From: Candidatus Kapaibacterium sp.
GTDB lineage: Bacteria; Bacteroidota; Ignavibacteria; Kapaibacteriales; UBA2268
Direction: 5' to 3'
DNA length: 64,000 nucleotides
Assembly: GCA_963665665.1 (NCBI GenBank)
Contig: OY762428.1
Coordinates: 2,016,001-2,080,000, forward strand
A model generated the notes under the pieces. The model ran no database searches, was not told the origin of the DNA, and saw only the letters and a program-made list of their open reading frames with translations. A program made the translations under genes and the position numbers. Of this stretch, positions 18,950-28,767 are shown piece after piece (positions within the stretch are counted from its first letter, which is position 1; the number at the start of each line of letters is the position of its first letter).

Positions 18950-21370
18950 ATGTACGTTTCATATAATTGGCTTAGAGAATTAACCGAGATAAAACAATCG
19001 CCCGCTGAACTGGATCATGCAATGACTATGCTGGGCCTTGAAGTTGAAGGTATTGTTGATTATAAAGAAAAATATAAGAATTTTTTCACCGGCGAAGTGA
19101 CAAAAGCCGAAAAGCACCCCGACGCGGATAAACTAACTATCTGCGAAGTAAGTACGGGAGCTGAAAATTATAATGTTATTTGCGGCGCTCCGAATGTGGC
19201 GCAGGGACAAAAAATAATATTTGCCGCCCCGGGCGCCCTGATACCTTCGGCAGGTTTTAAAATTGAGAAAAGAAAGATTCGCGGAGTTGAATCCAACGGT
19301 ATGATATGCAGCGAAACCGAACTTGAAATCGGCGATGACGGAAGCGGTATTGTTGTACTGCCGGAAGAAACGGAACCCGGTATCCCCCTTTCCGATTACC
19401 TGGAACTCAATGATATTGTTTTTGATGTCAGCCTGACACCGAATAAATCCGATTGTAACAGCCATATAGGTGTTGCCCGTGAAGTAGCCGCTTATAATAA
19501 AACAAGCGTTAACTATCCCGACACAAATCCTGTGGAAGGCGGAAACGACGTTAATGATGAAATTAAAATAGAAATTGAAGATACTGAAAACTGCTACAGG
19601 TATATTGGCCGGGTGGTAAAAGGCATTAAAGCAGGGCCGTCCCCCGAATGGCTGAAACAAAGGCTTACCGCAATTGGCCAAAGGCCTGTTAACGTGGTGG
19701 TGGACGTTACCAATTACGTGCTGATGGAATACGGCCAGCCTCTGCATGCTTTCGACCTGAAAGAGGTTCAGGGCAGGAAAATAATTGTGAAAAGGGCTGC
19801 AAAAGGCGATAAATTCACTACATTGGACAGCAAGGAACGCGAGCTTGATGATAATATGCTGATGATCTGCGACGCTGAAAGACAGATTGCCGTTGCCGGA
19901 GTTATGGGCGGCGAAAACAGTGAAGTGAGCGATGAAACTACTGATATTCTTATCGAGTCGGCTTATTTCTTCCCTACTTCTGTTCGTAAAACATCCAAGA
20001 AACTTGGAATACAAAGCGAAGCTTCCTACCGCTTCGAGCGCGGCGTGGATATTGAAAATGTGGAAGCTGCTGCCGACAGGGCTGCAAAACTTATTGCCGA
20101 ACTTGCCGGTGGAACTGTTTGCAAGGGCAAAGTTGACGCTTATCCCGTGAAACAGGAGAAATTGAAACTGAATCTCCGCTACGCCAAAGCAAGAAGAGTT
20201 ACGGGTATTGACGTCAGCGACAGTGAAATAAAAGAGATATTTGAAAATCTGAACTTCCCGATTATCGAGGAAAATGATGAAGGCCTTACCCTTGAAATTC
20301 CGCCATACAGAGTTGATATCAGCTACGAGATTGATCTGATCGAAGAAGTTGCCAGGATGTATAACTATGATAATATTCAGCCGGATTACTCATCCGTGAT
20401 TAATTTCGGTGCTGTGAAAGTTCCTGAGCACCTTGCCGTACCGGCGCTTCGCGGAAGAATCAGAGATTATCTTATTCCCCGTGGTTTCAAGGAAATAATC
20501 ACACAAAACATCACCGATCCGACATCGGCATCAATATTTACCGACAACCCGATAAAGATTTCCAACCCGCTTGGCGAGGAACTATCGGTAATGAGGCCCT
20601 CGCTGATACCGTCAATGCTTAAAACAATCGAAAGAAATATCAGGTTTGGCAATCATGACCTCTGCTTCTTTGAATTGGGAAAAGCATTCAGCCATGTTGA
20701 CGACAGGGAAGATACTTTTATAAAAGGACACAAAGAGCAGGAATATCTGCTTATTGCCATGACGGGTAATAAAGCTCCTGTAAACTGGAATTCCGAGCGG
20801 GGAAACGCTGATTTTTATGATATAAAAGGCGTTTTCGAGGAAATGATAAGCTTCTTCAGGCTTCGCTCGTTTAAACTTCAGGCAAAAGCCGATGAAAATG
20901 GAATTTTTGGCGGAAATTCCCTTGCTGTTAAATACCGCAAGGATATAATTGGAAGACTTGGCGAGCTGTCCGGTAAACTTTTGAAAAAATTTGATATTGA
21001 CGTGCCCGTTTTTGTATGCCTGCTGGATATGGAACAGCTTTATGCAACAGATATCAAGCATCCGCAGTACAGTCCGGTTGCTCCCTTCCCCGGCAGCAAG
21101 CGCGACCTTGGCTTTATTGTTGATAAGGAAGTCAATTCGGGCGAGATAAAAACTATGATAGATAACAAGGGCGGTAAATACCTTCAGAACACAACAATAT
21201 TTGATGTTTACGAGGGTAAAAACATTGGAGAAGACAAGAAAAGCGTGGCGTTTTCACTTCTCTTTGCTTCGCCGAAGAAAACCCTGACGGACAATGAAGT
21301 TGATGCAGCCGTTAATGGGATAGTTAAAGCCGTGGAAAAGAAATTCCAGGCTGAGCTTCGCAAGTTCTAA
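18950..21370 (+). CDS. pheT: Phenylalanine--tRNA ligase beta subunit
   Basis: HPDADKL, CGAPNV, RGVESNGMICS, YRFERGVD, DLIEEVAR, FDVYEG. Confidence 0.97.
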   Translation: MYVSYNWLRELTEIKQSPAELDHAMTMLGLEVEGIVDYKEKYKNFFTGEVTKAEKHPDADKLTICEVSTGAENYNVICGAPNVAQGQKIIFAAPGALIPSAGFKIEKRKIRGVESNGMICSETELEIGDDGSGIVVLPEETEPGIPLSDYLELNDIVFDVSLTPNKSDCNSHIGVAREVAAYNKTSVNYPDTNPVEGGNDVNDEIKIEIEDTENCYRYIGRVVKGIKAGPSPEWLKQRLTAIGQRPVNVVVDVTNYVLMEYGQPLHAFDLKEVQGRKIIVKRAAKGDKFTTLDSKERELDDNMLMICDAERQIAVAGVMGGENSEVSDETTDILIESAYFFPTSVRKTSKKLGIQSEASYRFERGVDIENVEAAADRAAKLIAELAGGTVCKGKVDAYPVKQEKLKLNLRYAKARRVTGIDVSDSEIKEIFENLNFPIIEENDEGLTLEIPPYRVDISYEIDLIEEVARMYNYDNIQPDYSSVINFGAVKVPEHLAVPALRGRIRDYLIPRGFKEIITQNITDPTSASIFTDNPIKISNPLGEELSVMRPSLIPSMLKTIERNIRFGNHDLCFFELGKAFSHVDDREDTFIKGHKEQEYLLIAMTGNKAPVNWNSERGNADFYDIKGVFEEMISFFRLRSFKLQAKADENGIFGGNSLAVKYRKDIIGRLGELSGKLLKKFDIDVPVFVCLLDMEQLYATDIKHPQYSPVAPFPGSKRDLGFIVDKEVNSGEIKTMIDNKGGKYLQNTTIFDVYEGKNIGEDKKSVAFSLLFASPKKTLTDNEVDAAVNGIVKAVEKKFQAELRKF

Positions 21371-21425
21371 AGCAGGATTTGAAATGGGACTAATTCATGA
21401 GTTTGTCTCAAAGATTTGACAAACG

Positions 21426-21495
21426 GTCATCCTGAGCACAGCGAAGGATCCGGAACATGTATGAAAACTGGATTCTTCACTTCGTTCAGAATGAC
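21426..21495. repeat. REP-like palindrome (GTCATYCTGA...TCAGAATGAC family)
   Basis: GTCATCCTGAGCACAGCGAAGGATCC...GGATTCTTCACTTCGTTCAGAATGAC. Confidence 0.8.
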
Positions 21496-21596
21496 CACTT
21501 GGCAAAAAAAGAACACGAGTCATTCTCATGATTAATTTAAACAATATAGCCGTTTAATGATCATTTAATGATTAAAAACTACCTCTCAGGTGAATT

Positions 21597-23639
21597 ATGG
21601 CAGCAGATGAAAACAAAATGATATCCGGTAAACCGGGAGAAGATATTCAGGAAACTATTATAAACCTGTGGGATATGATATATCGCCTAAGCGATAAATA
21701 TGATAGTATCCGTAAGCAAAATGCTTCAAAAAATGAAGAAATTGAAAACCTGAATGCCAGGCTGGACGCGGAAAGAAGTTCACGTGACGAACTAAGCGGC
21801 GCTGCAGGCAATATGGAGCAGAAGATAGAAATTGCCGAACAGGAAATTCACGAAAAAAACCTTGCTATTGTGGCCCTGGAGGAAAAGCTGGCAAAAGCAA
21901 GGGAGTTTGAAGATAAATACAATCGTATAAATTCGGAATACGAAGCGCTTTTGTCTGAAAACAATGATTACAAAAACAGGGCTTCCGGTATTCCCGAACT
22001 GACAAGACAACTGAATGAGGAAAGGGAGTTACATTCCGGGCTGAAGATCAGAACTGATGAGCTGACTGCAGAAATTGAAAAACTCAGAAATACAGGCAAA
22101 GACCTGGAATTCACGAAAAAAGAAATTGCCAGGAAGAACGTGGAATTGCATTCCAAGAGCGAAAAACTATTGGAGCAAAAGAATCGATTATCATACCTTG
22201 AAAGCCGCCAAAGGGAATATGATGAAGTTGTTAGTAATAATGCCAGGTTGACACTGGAAAACACTTCCCTGAAAGATAAAATATGGGAACTGGAAAACAA
22301 GCTTGACAATTCCACCGGGGAAATTTATGATCTGAATAGAACTATCGAAAATATTGAATATAAAGCAGAATCAGAGAAAGCCGCTTCCGGTAAAATCATA
22401 AGCCAAAAGAATGCAACTATTGACAAATATTCAAATATTATCATTGATAATAAACTAAAAATTATAAAATTACGCAGGCAGGCCGCTGATGCAGGGCAGC
22501 AAAATTCATTTCTTTCGGATAAATTGAAAAAAGCTCTGGAAAGCAAAAAGGATATACTTTTCTGGAAGGATAAATATTATAAGCTGATGAAAGAATACGA
22601 GGAAGCCGAAGAAAAAATATTTACAATCCATGAACAAAGTCAGGCGATAAAGCTTGAATTAAGAGGTAAAGAAGAAGTTATTAATAATTTAAACAGCGAA
22701 CTTTCTGTGTTAAAAAGCAGATATGAGGCATTGAAGGAAAATACCGAAAAAGCTGAAAACATTATAAAAGACCTTAAAAACGAGAAATTTATACTCGAAG
22801 GCCGTATCGATCAGATGAAGAAGGAATTGGATGAATCCGGAAGCAGAATAAAAACTGCAGAGGGTCGGCAGGATGAGATTAAAAACCTGATATCTGAAAA
22901 CGAGAACCTGAAAATGGCTATCATAAATAAAGATATGCAGGCCGACGAATCCGAAGGCCTGCTGAAGAATCTCAGGAATGAAAAAATATTACTCGAGTCC
23001 CGAATATCAGAAAAAGAAAAAGACCTGGAAACCTTTAAGGATAAGATCAGGTCTCTTGATAACGAAATTAACAGGTACAAAGCCCTGCTGGAATCGGATA
23101 ATGACAAAGGTGAAAAACTTGAAAAACTCAACCAGGTAATAAGCAGCCAGGCATTCGATATTGATGAGCTTAGAAGTGAAAACAAAAATTTGAGAACACT
23201 CAATGACGAGTTCCGATCATTGAAAAACAATGCTGAACAGAAAAGAAAAGACCTTCTGGAAGAAAAACAGGAAATTGAAGCGAAACTTGTTGCTCTTATG
23301 AAAGAAAAAGAAATAAACGAACTGAAACTGAATAACAGTCTGAACCTGGCAGAAGAAGAAAAACTTATGCTTGAAGCCCGGATAAAAAATATTGAATCCG
23401 GGAGCCGGAAAATATCCGAAGAAAAGCAGATTCTTGAATCGGACTTGAAAGCCCGGGACATAAATTTGCAGGAGTTCAAAACTGCAAAGGAATTACTTGA
23501 GATGGAAATCAAGAAGAAGGAAGAGGAAATTTCTGATTCTATTGCCAAAATCCAGGAACTGGAATCAAGGCTGGGGCAGATAGAGCAAAAACTTGTAAAT
23601 TCAATTGATTTGGCTGATAAATTGCTAAGCGGTAATTAA
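21597..23639 (+). CDS. Long coiled-coil protein in the ZapB position (between pheT and zapA)
   Basis: 680 aa, E/K/L-rich heptads over nearly the whole length, no ATPase motif or TM segment; synteny. Confidence 0.7.
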   Translation: MAADENKMISGKPGEDIQETIINLWDMIYRLSDKYDSIRKQNASKNEEIENLNARLDAERSSRDELSGAAGNMEQKIEIAEQEIHEKNLAIVALEEKLAKAREFEDKYNRINSEYEALLSENNDYKNRASGIPELTRQLNEERELHSGLKIRTDELTAEIEKLRNTGKDLEFTKKEIARKNVELHSKSEKLLEQKNRLSYLESRQREYDEVVSNNARLTLENTSLKDKIWELENKLDNSTGEIYDLNRTIENIEYKAESEKAASGKIISQKNATIDKYSNIIIDNKLKIIKLRRQAADAGQQNSFLSDKLKKALESKKDILFWKDKYYKLMKEYEEAEEKIFTIHEQSQAIKLELRGKEEVINNLNSELSVLKSRYEALKENTEKAENIIKDLKNEKFILEGRIDQMKKELDESGSRIKTAEGRQDEIKNLISENENLKMAIINKDMQADESEGLLKNLRNEKILLESRISEKEKDLETFKDKIRSLDNEINRYKALLESDNDKGEKLEKLNQVISSQAFDIDELRSENKNLRTLNDEFRSLKNNAEQKRKDLLEEKQEIEAKLVALMKEKEINELKLNNSLNLAEEEKLMLEARIKNIESGSRKISEEKQILESDLKARDINLQEFKTAKELLEMEIKKKEEEISDSIAKIQELESRLGQIEQKLVNSIDLADKLLSGN

Positions 23640-23794
23640 GAATTAATAAATATCTTATTGATTCGTTAATATTTTTACGAATAAAAAATTTGTTTGTTGA
23701 CAATTTAAAAGTTAATTTAACCTTGAATTTTATTAAATTTTTACTATTATTAATATAAGTTAGTGAATTCTTCTGAAGTATAACCGGAAATGAA

Positions 23795-24076
23795 ATGGCA
23801 GAAACTGTAAGAGTAACAATCGGTGGCAGGGAATACTCCCTGGTAGGGGAAGATTCGAATCTTACCCGAAATGCTGCGGAAGAAGTAAATAAACAAATAA
23901 AGGAGCTGAAAAAGAACTACGGGGATGAGTCCTCGAATACTTTATCCGTGCTGGCAGCGCTAAATATAGCCGAAGGTTCCTTACGGGACCGGCAGCAAAA
24001 TGACACAGATATGAAATTCGCTAATATTGAATTAAATAAAATGGCGGAATTTTTAAAATCGACCATAGATAGATAG
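23795..24076 (+). CDS. zapA: Cell division protein ZapA
   Basis: VRVTIGGREYSL...AVxAALNIA-like motif (SVLAALNIA); upstream of 6S/rny. Confidence 0.88.
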   Translation: MAETVRVTIGGREYSLVGEDSNLTRNAAEEVNKQIKELKKNYGDESSNTLSVLAALNIAEGSLRDRQQNDTDMKFANIELNKMAEFLKSTIDR

Positions 24077-24229
24077 GATTAAAAGCGGAGCAATTATTTT
24101 TGTAATTTTAAATACAACCGAGGTTTAATGGGTATTTGATATACTGTTTTAATAAAATCATATTATAATTATATCATTTTATATGACCGCTTTTCTACGC
24201 GTTCTTTGAATTTGTTCAGATTATTTCAG

Positions 24230-24436
24230 CCGCATTTGGTTTCATTGTCACACGGATAAAGAACATATAATTTTTATAAAATGGGAGGTAGGCTCCGTTT
24301 TTTAACAGCAGGCCTCATACCGCAACCCGGTAAGTCCTTCACGGGGCTCAGTGGAAACTGGAGATTGACGGGATGCCACCCACTGTGTCAGAGAGAGTTC
24401 TTTCTCTCGTGCACTTTAAAATGATACTAAATGCGG
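24230..24436 (+). ncRNA. ssrS: 6S RNA
   Basis: Closing stem CCGCATTTGGTTTCATT / AATGATACTAAATGCGG enclosing ~200 nt with GGGAG and CACCCAC segments, then T-run; canonical zapA-6S-rny position. Confidence 0.75.
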
Positions 24437-24610
24437 TTTTTTTATTTTTTTAATTTAGAATTTTCGAGGAAAGCAGGCTGACTTTCCGCGCCCGTGTTAT
24501 CAGGGGGTGATAAGGGCGTTTAAGTGTTAAAGCCATCTTTTTAGTTAAACCCGATGGGATTGTTTAATTATTAATCCGGTTAATCCCGGAAGCGATAGGA
24601 GATTGAACTA

Positions 24611-26173
24611 ATGAGCGAATTATTTATCGTGCTGGCCTCCCTGGCCGGCCTGATTGTCAGTTTCTTCCTTGGCTATACAGCCGTGAAGAAAATATCTACG
24701 GCAAAGCTTGAGGACGCCGAGAAGAATGCCAAAAAAATCCTTCTTGATGCCGAAAAGGATGCTAAGAATGCAAAAAAAGAGAAGATGCTTGAAGTTAAAG
24801 AAGAATGGCATCGGAAAAAACAGGAATTTGAAAGCGAAACGCAATCCAAACGAGCAAAGATACAAGTGCTTGAAAAACAAATCAAAGCTCGCGAAGAAGG
24901 TATAGAAAACAAGCTTGATATCATCCTGAAAAAAGAAAAGCACCTTCAGATATTCGAAGAAGACCTGCACAAGAAAGAAGACAAAATAAAAGAGAAGGTA
25001 GCCAAAGCCGACGAAATTATCGATGACCAGATGAAAAAACTTGAACAGATCAGCGATCTGAGCAAGGAAGATGCAAAAAAGATGCTTATCGATAACATGG
25101 TTAACGACGCAAGAGTGGAAGCCGCGCAGCTGGTAAAACAAATAAAAGACGAAGCACAGTCGCAGGCTAATCGCGAAGCGCAGAAAATAATTGTTCAGGC
25201 AATACAAAGAACTGCTTCCGACCACAGTGTTGAAACTACAGTATCTGTTGTAAGCCTTGACAGCGACGAAATGAAAGGCCGCATTATCGGACGCGAGGGA
25301 AGGAATATCCGTGCGTTTGAATCTGCAACCGGAATTGACCTGATTATTGACGACACCCCCGAAGCCGTTGTTATATCCGGGTTTGATCCTTTCCGCAGAG
25401 AAGTGGCTAAGATGTCGCTTGAACGCCTTATGCTTGACGGACGTATTCACCCGGCAAGAATAGAAGAAGTGGTTAATAAAACCCGTAAAGAACTGGAAGA
25501 AGAGATTTCCCGCGTTGGCGAGAACACGGTTCTTGACCTCGGACTGCACAGAATGCACCCGGAACTGGTAAGAATGATCGGTAAAATGAAATACCGTTCC
25601 AGCTACGGCCAGAACCTGCTTAACCACTCGATAGAGGTTTCTTACCTTTGTGGTATTATGGCAGCCGAACTTGGAATGGATACAAGCCTTGCCAAGAGGG
25701 CAGGCCTGCTTCATGACGTAGGTAAATGCGTTGACAGGGAAACAGAAGGCCCGCACGCCCTTATCGGACTTGAGCTTGCTAAAAAATTCAAGGAACACCC
25801 GATTGTATCAAATGCTATCGGCGCCCACCACGAAGACATCGAAATGGAATCAACCATTGCCGTTCTCGTTCAGTCTGCTGACTCGATCAGCGGCGCAAGG
25901 CCCGGAGCAAGGCGTGAGTCTCTCGAAAATTATATCAAGCGCCTTGAAAAGCTGGAATCTCTTGCAAACGGTTTCGAAGGAGTTGCCAAAACATTTGCAA
26001 TCCAGGCAGGCCGTGAAGTCAGGGTTATTGTTGAACCTGAAAGAGTTGACGATCCTTCGGCAGACAATATGGCTTCATCCATTGCCGAAAGGATTGAACA
26101 GGAAATGGAATATCCGGGCCAGATAAAGGTTACGGTAATCAGGGAACGCAGGAGCGTTTCTATAGCCAAATAA
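24611..26173 (+). CDS. rny: Ribonuclease Y
   Basis: N-terminal TM, coiled coil, KH domain (KGRIIGREGRNIR), HD domain (LLHDVGK), ARPGARRE. Confidence 0.97.
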   Translation: MSELFIVLASLAGLIVSFFLGYTAVKKISTAKLEDAEKNAKKILLDAEKDAKNAKKEKMLEVKEEWHRKKQEFESETQSKRAKIQVLEKQIKAREEGIENKLDIILKKEKHLQIFEEDLHKKEDKIKEKVAKADEIIDDQMKKLEQISDLSKEDAKKMLIDNMVNDARVEAAQLVKQIKDEAQSQANREAQKIIVQAIQRTASDHSVETTVSVVSLDSDEMKGRIIGREGRNIRAFESATGIDLIIDDTPEAVVISGFDPFRREVAKMSLERLMLDGRIHPARIEEVVNKTRKELEEEISRVGENTVLDLGLHRMHPELVRMIGKMKYRSSYGQNLLNHSIEVSYLCGIMAAELGMDTSLAKRAGLLHDVGKCVDRETEGPHALIGLELAKKFKEHPIVSNAIGAHHEDIEMESTIAVLVQSADSISGARPGARRESLENYIKRLEKLESLANGFEGVAKTFAIQAGREVRVIVEPERVDDPSADNMASSIAERIEQEMEYPGQIKVTVIRERRSVSIAK

Positions 26174-26207
26174 ATTCAGCAAATTTGATTTTTGCATTGT
26201 ATATATG

Positions 26208-26236
26208 GTCCGGTGCGTAAGCTCCGGACTTTTTTT
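26208..26236 (+). terminator. rny terminator
   Basis: GTCCGG...CCGGAC + T-run. Confidence 0.7.
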
Positions 26237-26348
26237 AAATAAAAATTTGCTGTATCTCCTGGTGGAAGTTTATCATGAAAAGCCATCTACCTGGATAAAT
26301 TAAGTAAGAAAGCATCAGGAATGTTTGTTTGTTAGTTTTTTAGTTCAA

Positions 26349-26421
26349 CCCTTCCGAAGGAGGGGCTTACTGCAAAGCCCTCTGCTTCGAGGAGGGTTTC
26401 ACACTGCGTGTGTTTGGGAGG
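26349..26421. repeat. Degenerate CCCT(C/T)C...GAGGG palindromic repeat
   Basis: CCCTTCCGAAGGAGGGGCTT...AAGCCCTCTGCTTCGAGGAGGGTT...GGGAGGG; resembles the module at 60.9/62.5/63.3 kb. Confidence 0.5.
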
Positions 26422-26592
26422 GATCGCAAACTGAATTAGAATAATCAATAATTGCAATTTCAAAAAACACGTTGGTTCCGGATGTGTGAAATTAATATTA
26501 TGACTTTACCTGATAATTTCCTGCTTTTCTCTTCGGCTCAATATGATTATTTTTGCCCGAATAGTGATTTATAACAACGATCATGAAATAAA

Positions 26593-27588
26593 ATGCCGAA
26601 AAAAATTATCAGAGACGAATATACTGCCAGAATAAACCGCGTGTTAGATTTTATTCAGGATAATCTGACAGAAAAGATGAACCTGAAACAACTTGCCGGA
26701 ATAGCAAATTTTTCGCCATATCATTTCCATAGAATATTCAGCGCTATCACAGGCGAGCCGTTAAATAAATTTATTCAGCGCGTTAGAATCGAAAAAGCGG
26801 CAATATTGCTGCTTACTAACCGCGACAGGCCGGTAACTGATATAGCGTTTGATTGTGGTTTTTCCGGATCGGCAGCTTTTGCAAGAACCTTCAGGGATTT
26901 TTATGGTATGTCGGCATCTGAATGGCGCAGCGGGGGTTACGAAGAATATAGCAAGAATCGTAAATCATATAGCAATTTCAGCAAACAGGATGGCAAGCAT
27001 TGTAAAGATTCCGATCAACACTTCAGGTATATTTGCAGCGTAGTTGATATTAATAATAACAAAATCAAATGGAGAGTTGAAATGGAAAACAACAAAAACA
27101 TGACAGCAGATGTTGAAGTTATTGATATTCCGGATATGACTGTAGCTTACGTTCGTCATATCGGCCCATATAAGGGAGACAGCGAGCTGTTTGGCAGGTT
27201 GATCGATAAACTGATGAAATGGATTTGCCCCCGGGGGCTTTTCATGCCGCCAAAAAGTCAGCTTATGGCAGTATATCACGACGACCCTGAACTGACTGAT
27301 GAAGATAAGCTCAGGATGAGTATAGCAGTAAATGTGCCTGAAGATACCGAGGTAAGTGGTGAAATTGGTAAAATGAAATTGGAAGGCGGACAATTTGCGG
27401 TTGGACGTTTCGAACTTGCCGGTGATGAGTATCCAAATGCCTGGGCTGCTATGTACGGCGGTTGGCTGCCGGAAAGCGGCTACCAACCGGAGGACAAACC
27501 ACCCTATGAGATATACAGGAATGACCCTAAGGAACATCCCGAAAACAAGTGTATTGTTGATATTTGTATTCCGGTTAAACCTTTATAG
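26593..27588 (+). CDS. AraC-family transcriptional regulator with GyrI-like effector domain
   Basis: FSPYHFHRIF, DIAFDCGFS..FARTF; C-terminal VAYVRHIGPY, YHDDP, WLPESGY, DICIPV. Confidence 0.92.
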   Translation: MPKKIIRDEYTARINRVLDFIQDNLTEKMNLKQLAGIANFSPYHFHRIFSAITGEPLNKFIQRVRIEKAAILLLTNRDRPVTDIAFDCGFSGSAAFARTFRDFYGMSASEWRSGGYEEYSKNRKSYSNFSKQDGKHCKDSDQHFRYICSVVDINNNKIKWRVEMENNKNMTADVEVIDIPDMTVAYVRHIGPYKGDSELFGRLIDKLMKWICPRGLFMPPKSQLMAVYHDDPELTDEDKLRMSIAVNVPEDTEVSGEIGKMKLEGGQFAVGRFELAGDEYPNAWAAMYGGWLPESGYQPEDKPPYEIYRNDPKEHPENKCIVDICIPVKPL

Positions 27589-27618
27589 ATCATTATTATT
27601 GCAATAACTATGCAAATC

Positions 27619-27656
27619 ACTCCTTTGCCGTTTCAGGTGGTAAAGGAGTTTTTTTT
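27619..27656 (+). terminator. Terminator of AraC gene
   Basis: ACTCCTTTGCC...GGTAAAGGAGT + T-run. Confidence 0.7.
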
Positions 27657-27758
27657 CCGGCTGACTTAAATTGTCCGGAGAAGTAGGATATGATTATTCT
27701 TCAAATCATAGTACCACAGTATCAGACGAACATTAACATCATTTATATGTCTGGAAAT

Positions 27759-27843
27759 AAAAAAACCGCGAGTCAGGTGCCGGAAGCTCGCGGTAGGTCG
27801 TATGTACTTGGATTGAGAAGGAGTATATACAATTTATACTACG
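27759..27843 (-). ncRNA. Candidate small RNA (promoter + orphan terminator)
   Basis: Minus-strand TAATTTTG promoter motif (27850-27857) and ACCGCGAG..CTCGCGGT stem + U-run (27759-27794), with no gene between. Confidence 0.4.
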
Positions 27844-27928
27844 GGCACACAAAATTAAAGTTTCATTATATTATCATTTTTTTTATTTTATGTTCAAACA
27901 GTTGAACTATTCTCGGACAGAGGTTATT

Positions 27929-28579
27929 ATGAATTCAGATAAATCGCAATATTTCCCAATACTGGTGAATCTTGGAAAATTCAAATCACTTGTTATAGGC
28001 GGGGGCCCCATTGCTTTCAGGAAAGCTATGAACCTGCTTAATTTTGGTGGCCAGGTAACTGTTCTTACCCCTGAAATGTGCCCGTCAATGCAGGCTCTTG
28101 CAGATGAGAAAAAAATTGAACTAATGCAGAAATCTTATGAAAAAGGAGATGTTAACGGCTATTCCTTTGTATTTGCCGCTACGGATAATGAAGAAGTTGA
28201 CAATATGATAAAAGATGATTGCGATAAACTCGGAATTCTGCTGAATGTTGCTGATGTTCCCGATCTTTGTAACTTCATCATGCCTGCAACGATCAAAAGA
28301 GGACGCTTTATTGCAGCAATATCAACCCAGGGTGATGCCCCGTTCTTTGCAAAAGAAATGAAGCAGCATATCAGCAAAATATTATCCCCAATGGTTGCCG
28401 ATGTTACCGATCTTGCCGGAGAGTTTCGTATCCGATTGATGAACGATCCGCGATATGGCAACCCTGAATTGAGATATGAGCTTTTCCATAAATTCCTGGA
28501 AATTAACTGGGAAAAAGTTCTCTACGAATACGGCAAAACCGGCGCTGATAAAAAAATGGATGAGCTTTTTGCTGAATAG
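27929..28579 (+). CDS. Precorrin-2 dehydrogenase / sirohydrochlorin ferrochelatase (SirC/CysG N-terminal type)
   Basis: YFPILVNL..LVIGGGPIAFRK, AATD, NVADVPDLCNFIMPA, AISTQG.AP; GAGG RBS before ATG 27929. Confidence 0.9.
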   Translation: MNSDKSQYFPILVNLGKFKSLVIGGGPIAFRKAMNLLNFGGQVTVLTPEMCPSMQALADEKKIELMQKSYEKGDVNGYSFVFAATDNEEVDNMIKDDCDKLGILLNVADVPDLCNFIMPATIKRGRFIAAISTQGDAPFFAKEMKQHISKILSPMVADVTDLAGEFRIRLMNDPRYGNPELRYELFHKFLEINWEKVLYEYGKTGADKKMDELFAE

Positions 28580-28604
28580 TGTTACTTGTACTAAATGAAT
28601 TTTT

Positions 28605-28635
28605 AAAAAGCACCGGTATTATTTCTGGTGCTTTT
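28605..28635 (+). terminator. Intrinsic terminator
   Basis: AAAAGCACC...GGTGCTTTT. Confidence 0.6.
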
Positions 28636-28767
28636 ATTATTTTTTTTGATTAACCTATCAGCTTCAACAATTTGTGGAAAAAGATATTTCATTTTCAGTT
28701 AATTTATGAGTAGCTTTGCATAATAATTTATATTATGAAATAAAATATTGATTCTGAAAAACTGAAT

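Noticed and set aside
24620-25798. 392-aa antisense ORF within rny (likewise 19133-20014, 22811-23548 and others)
   Set aside because: Shadow ORFs opposite well-conserved genes, with no recognisable motifs
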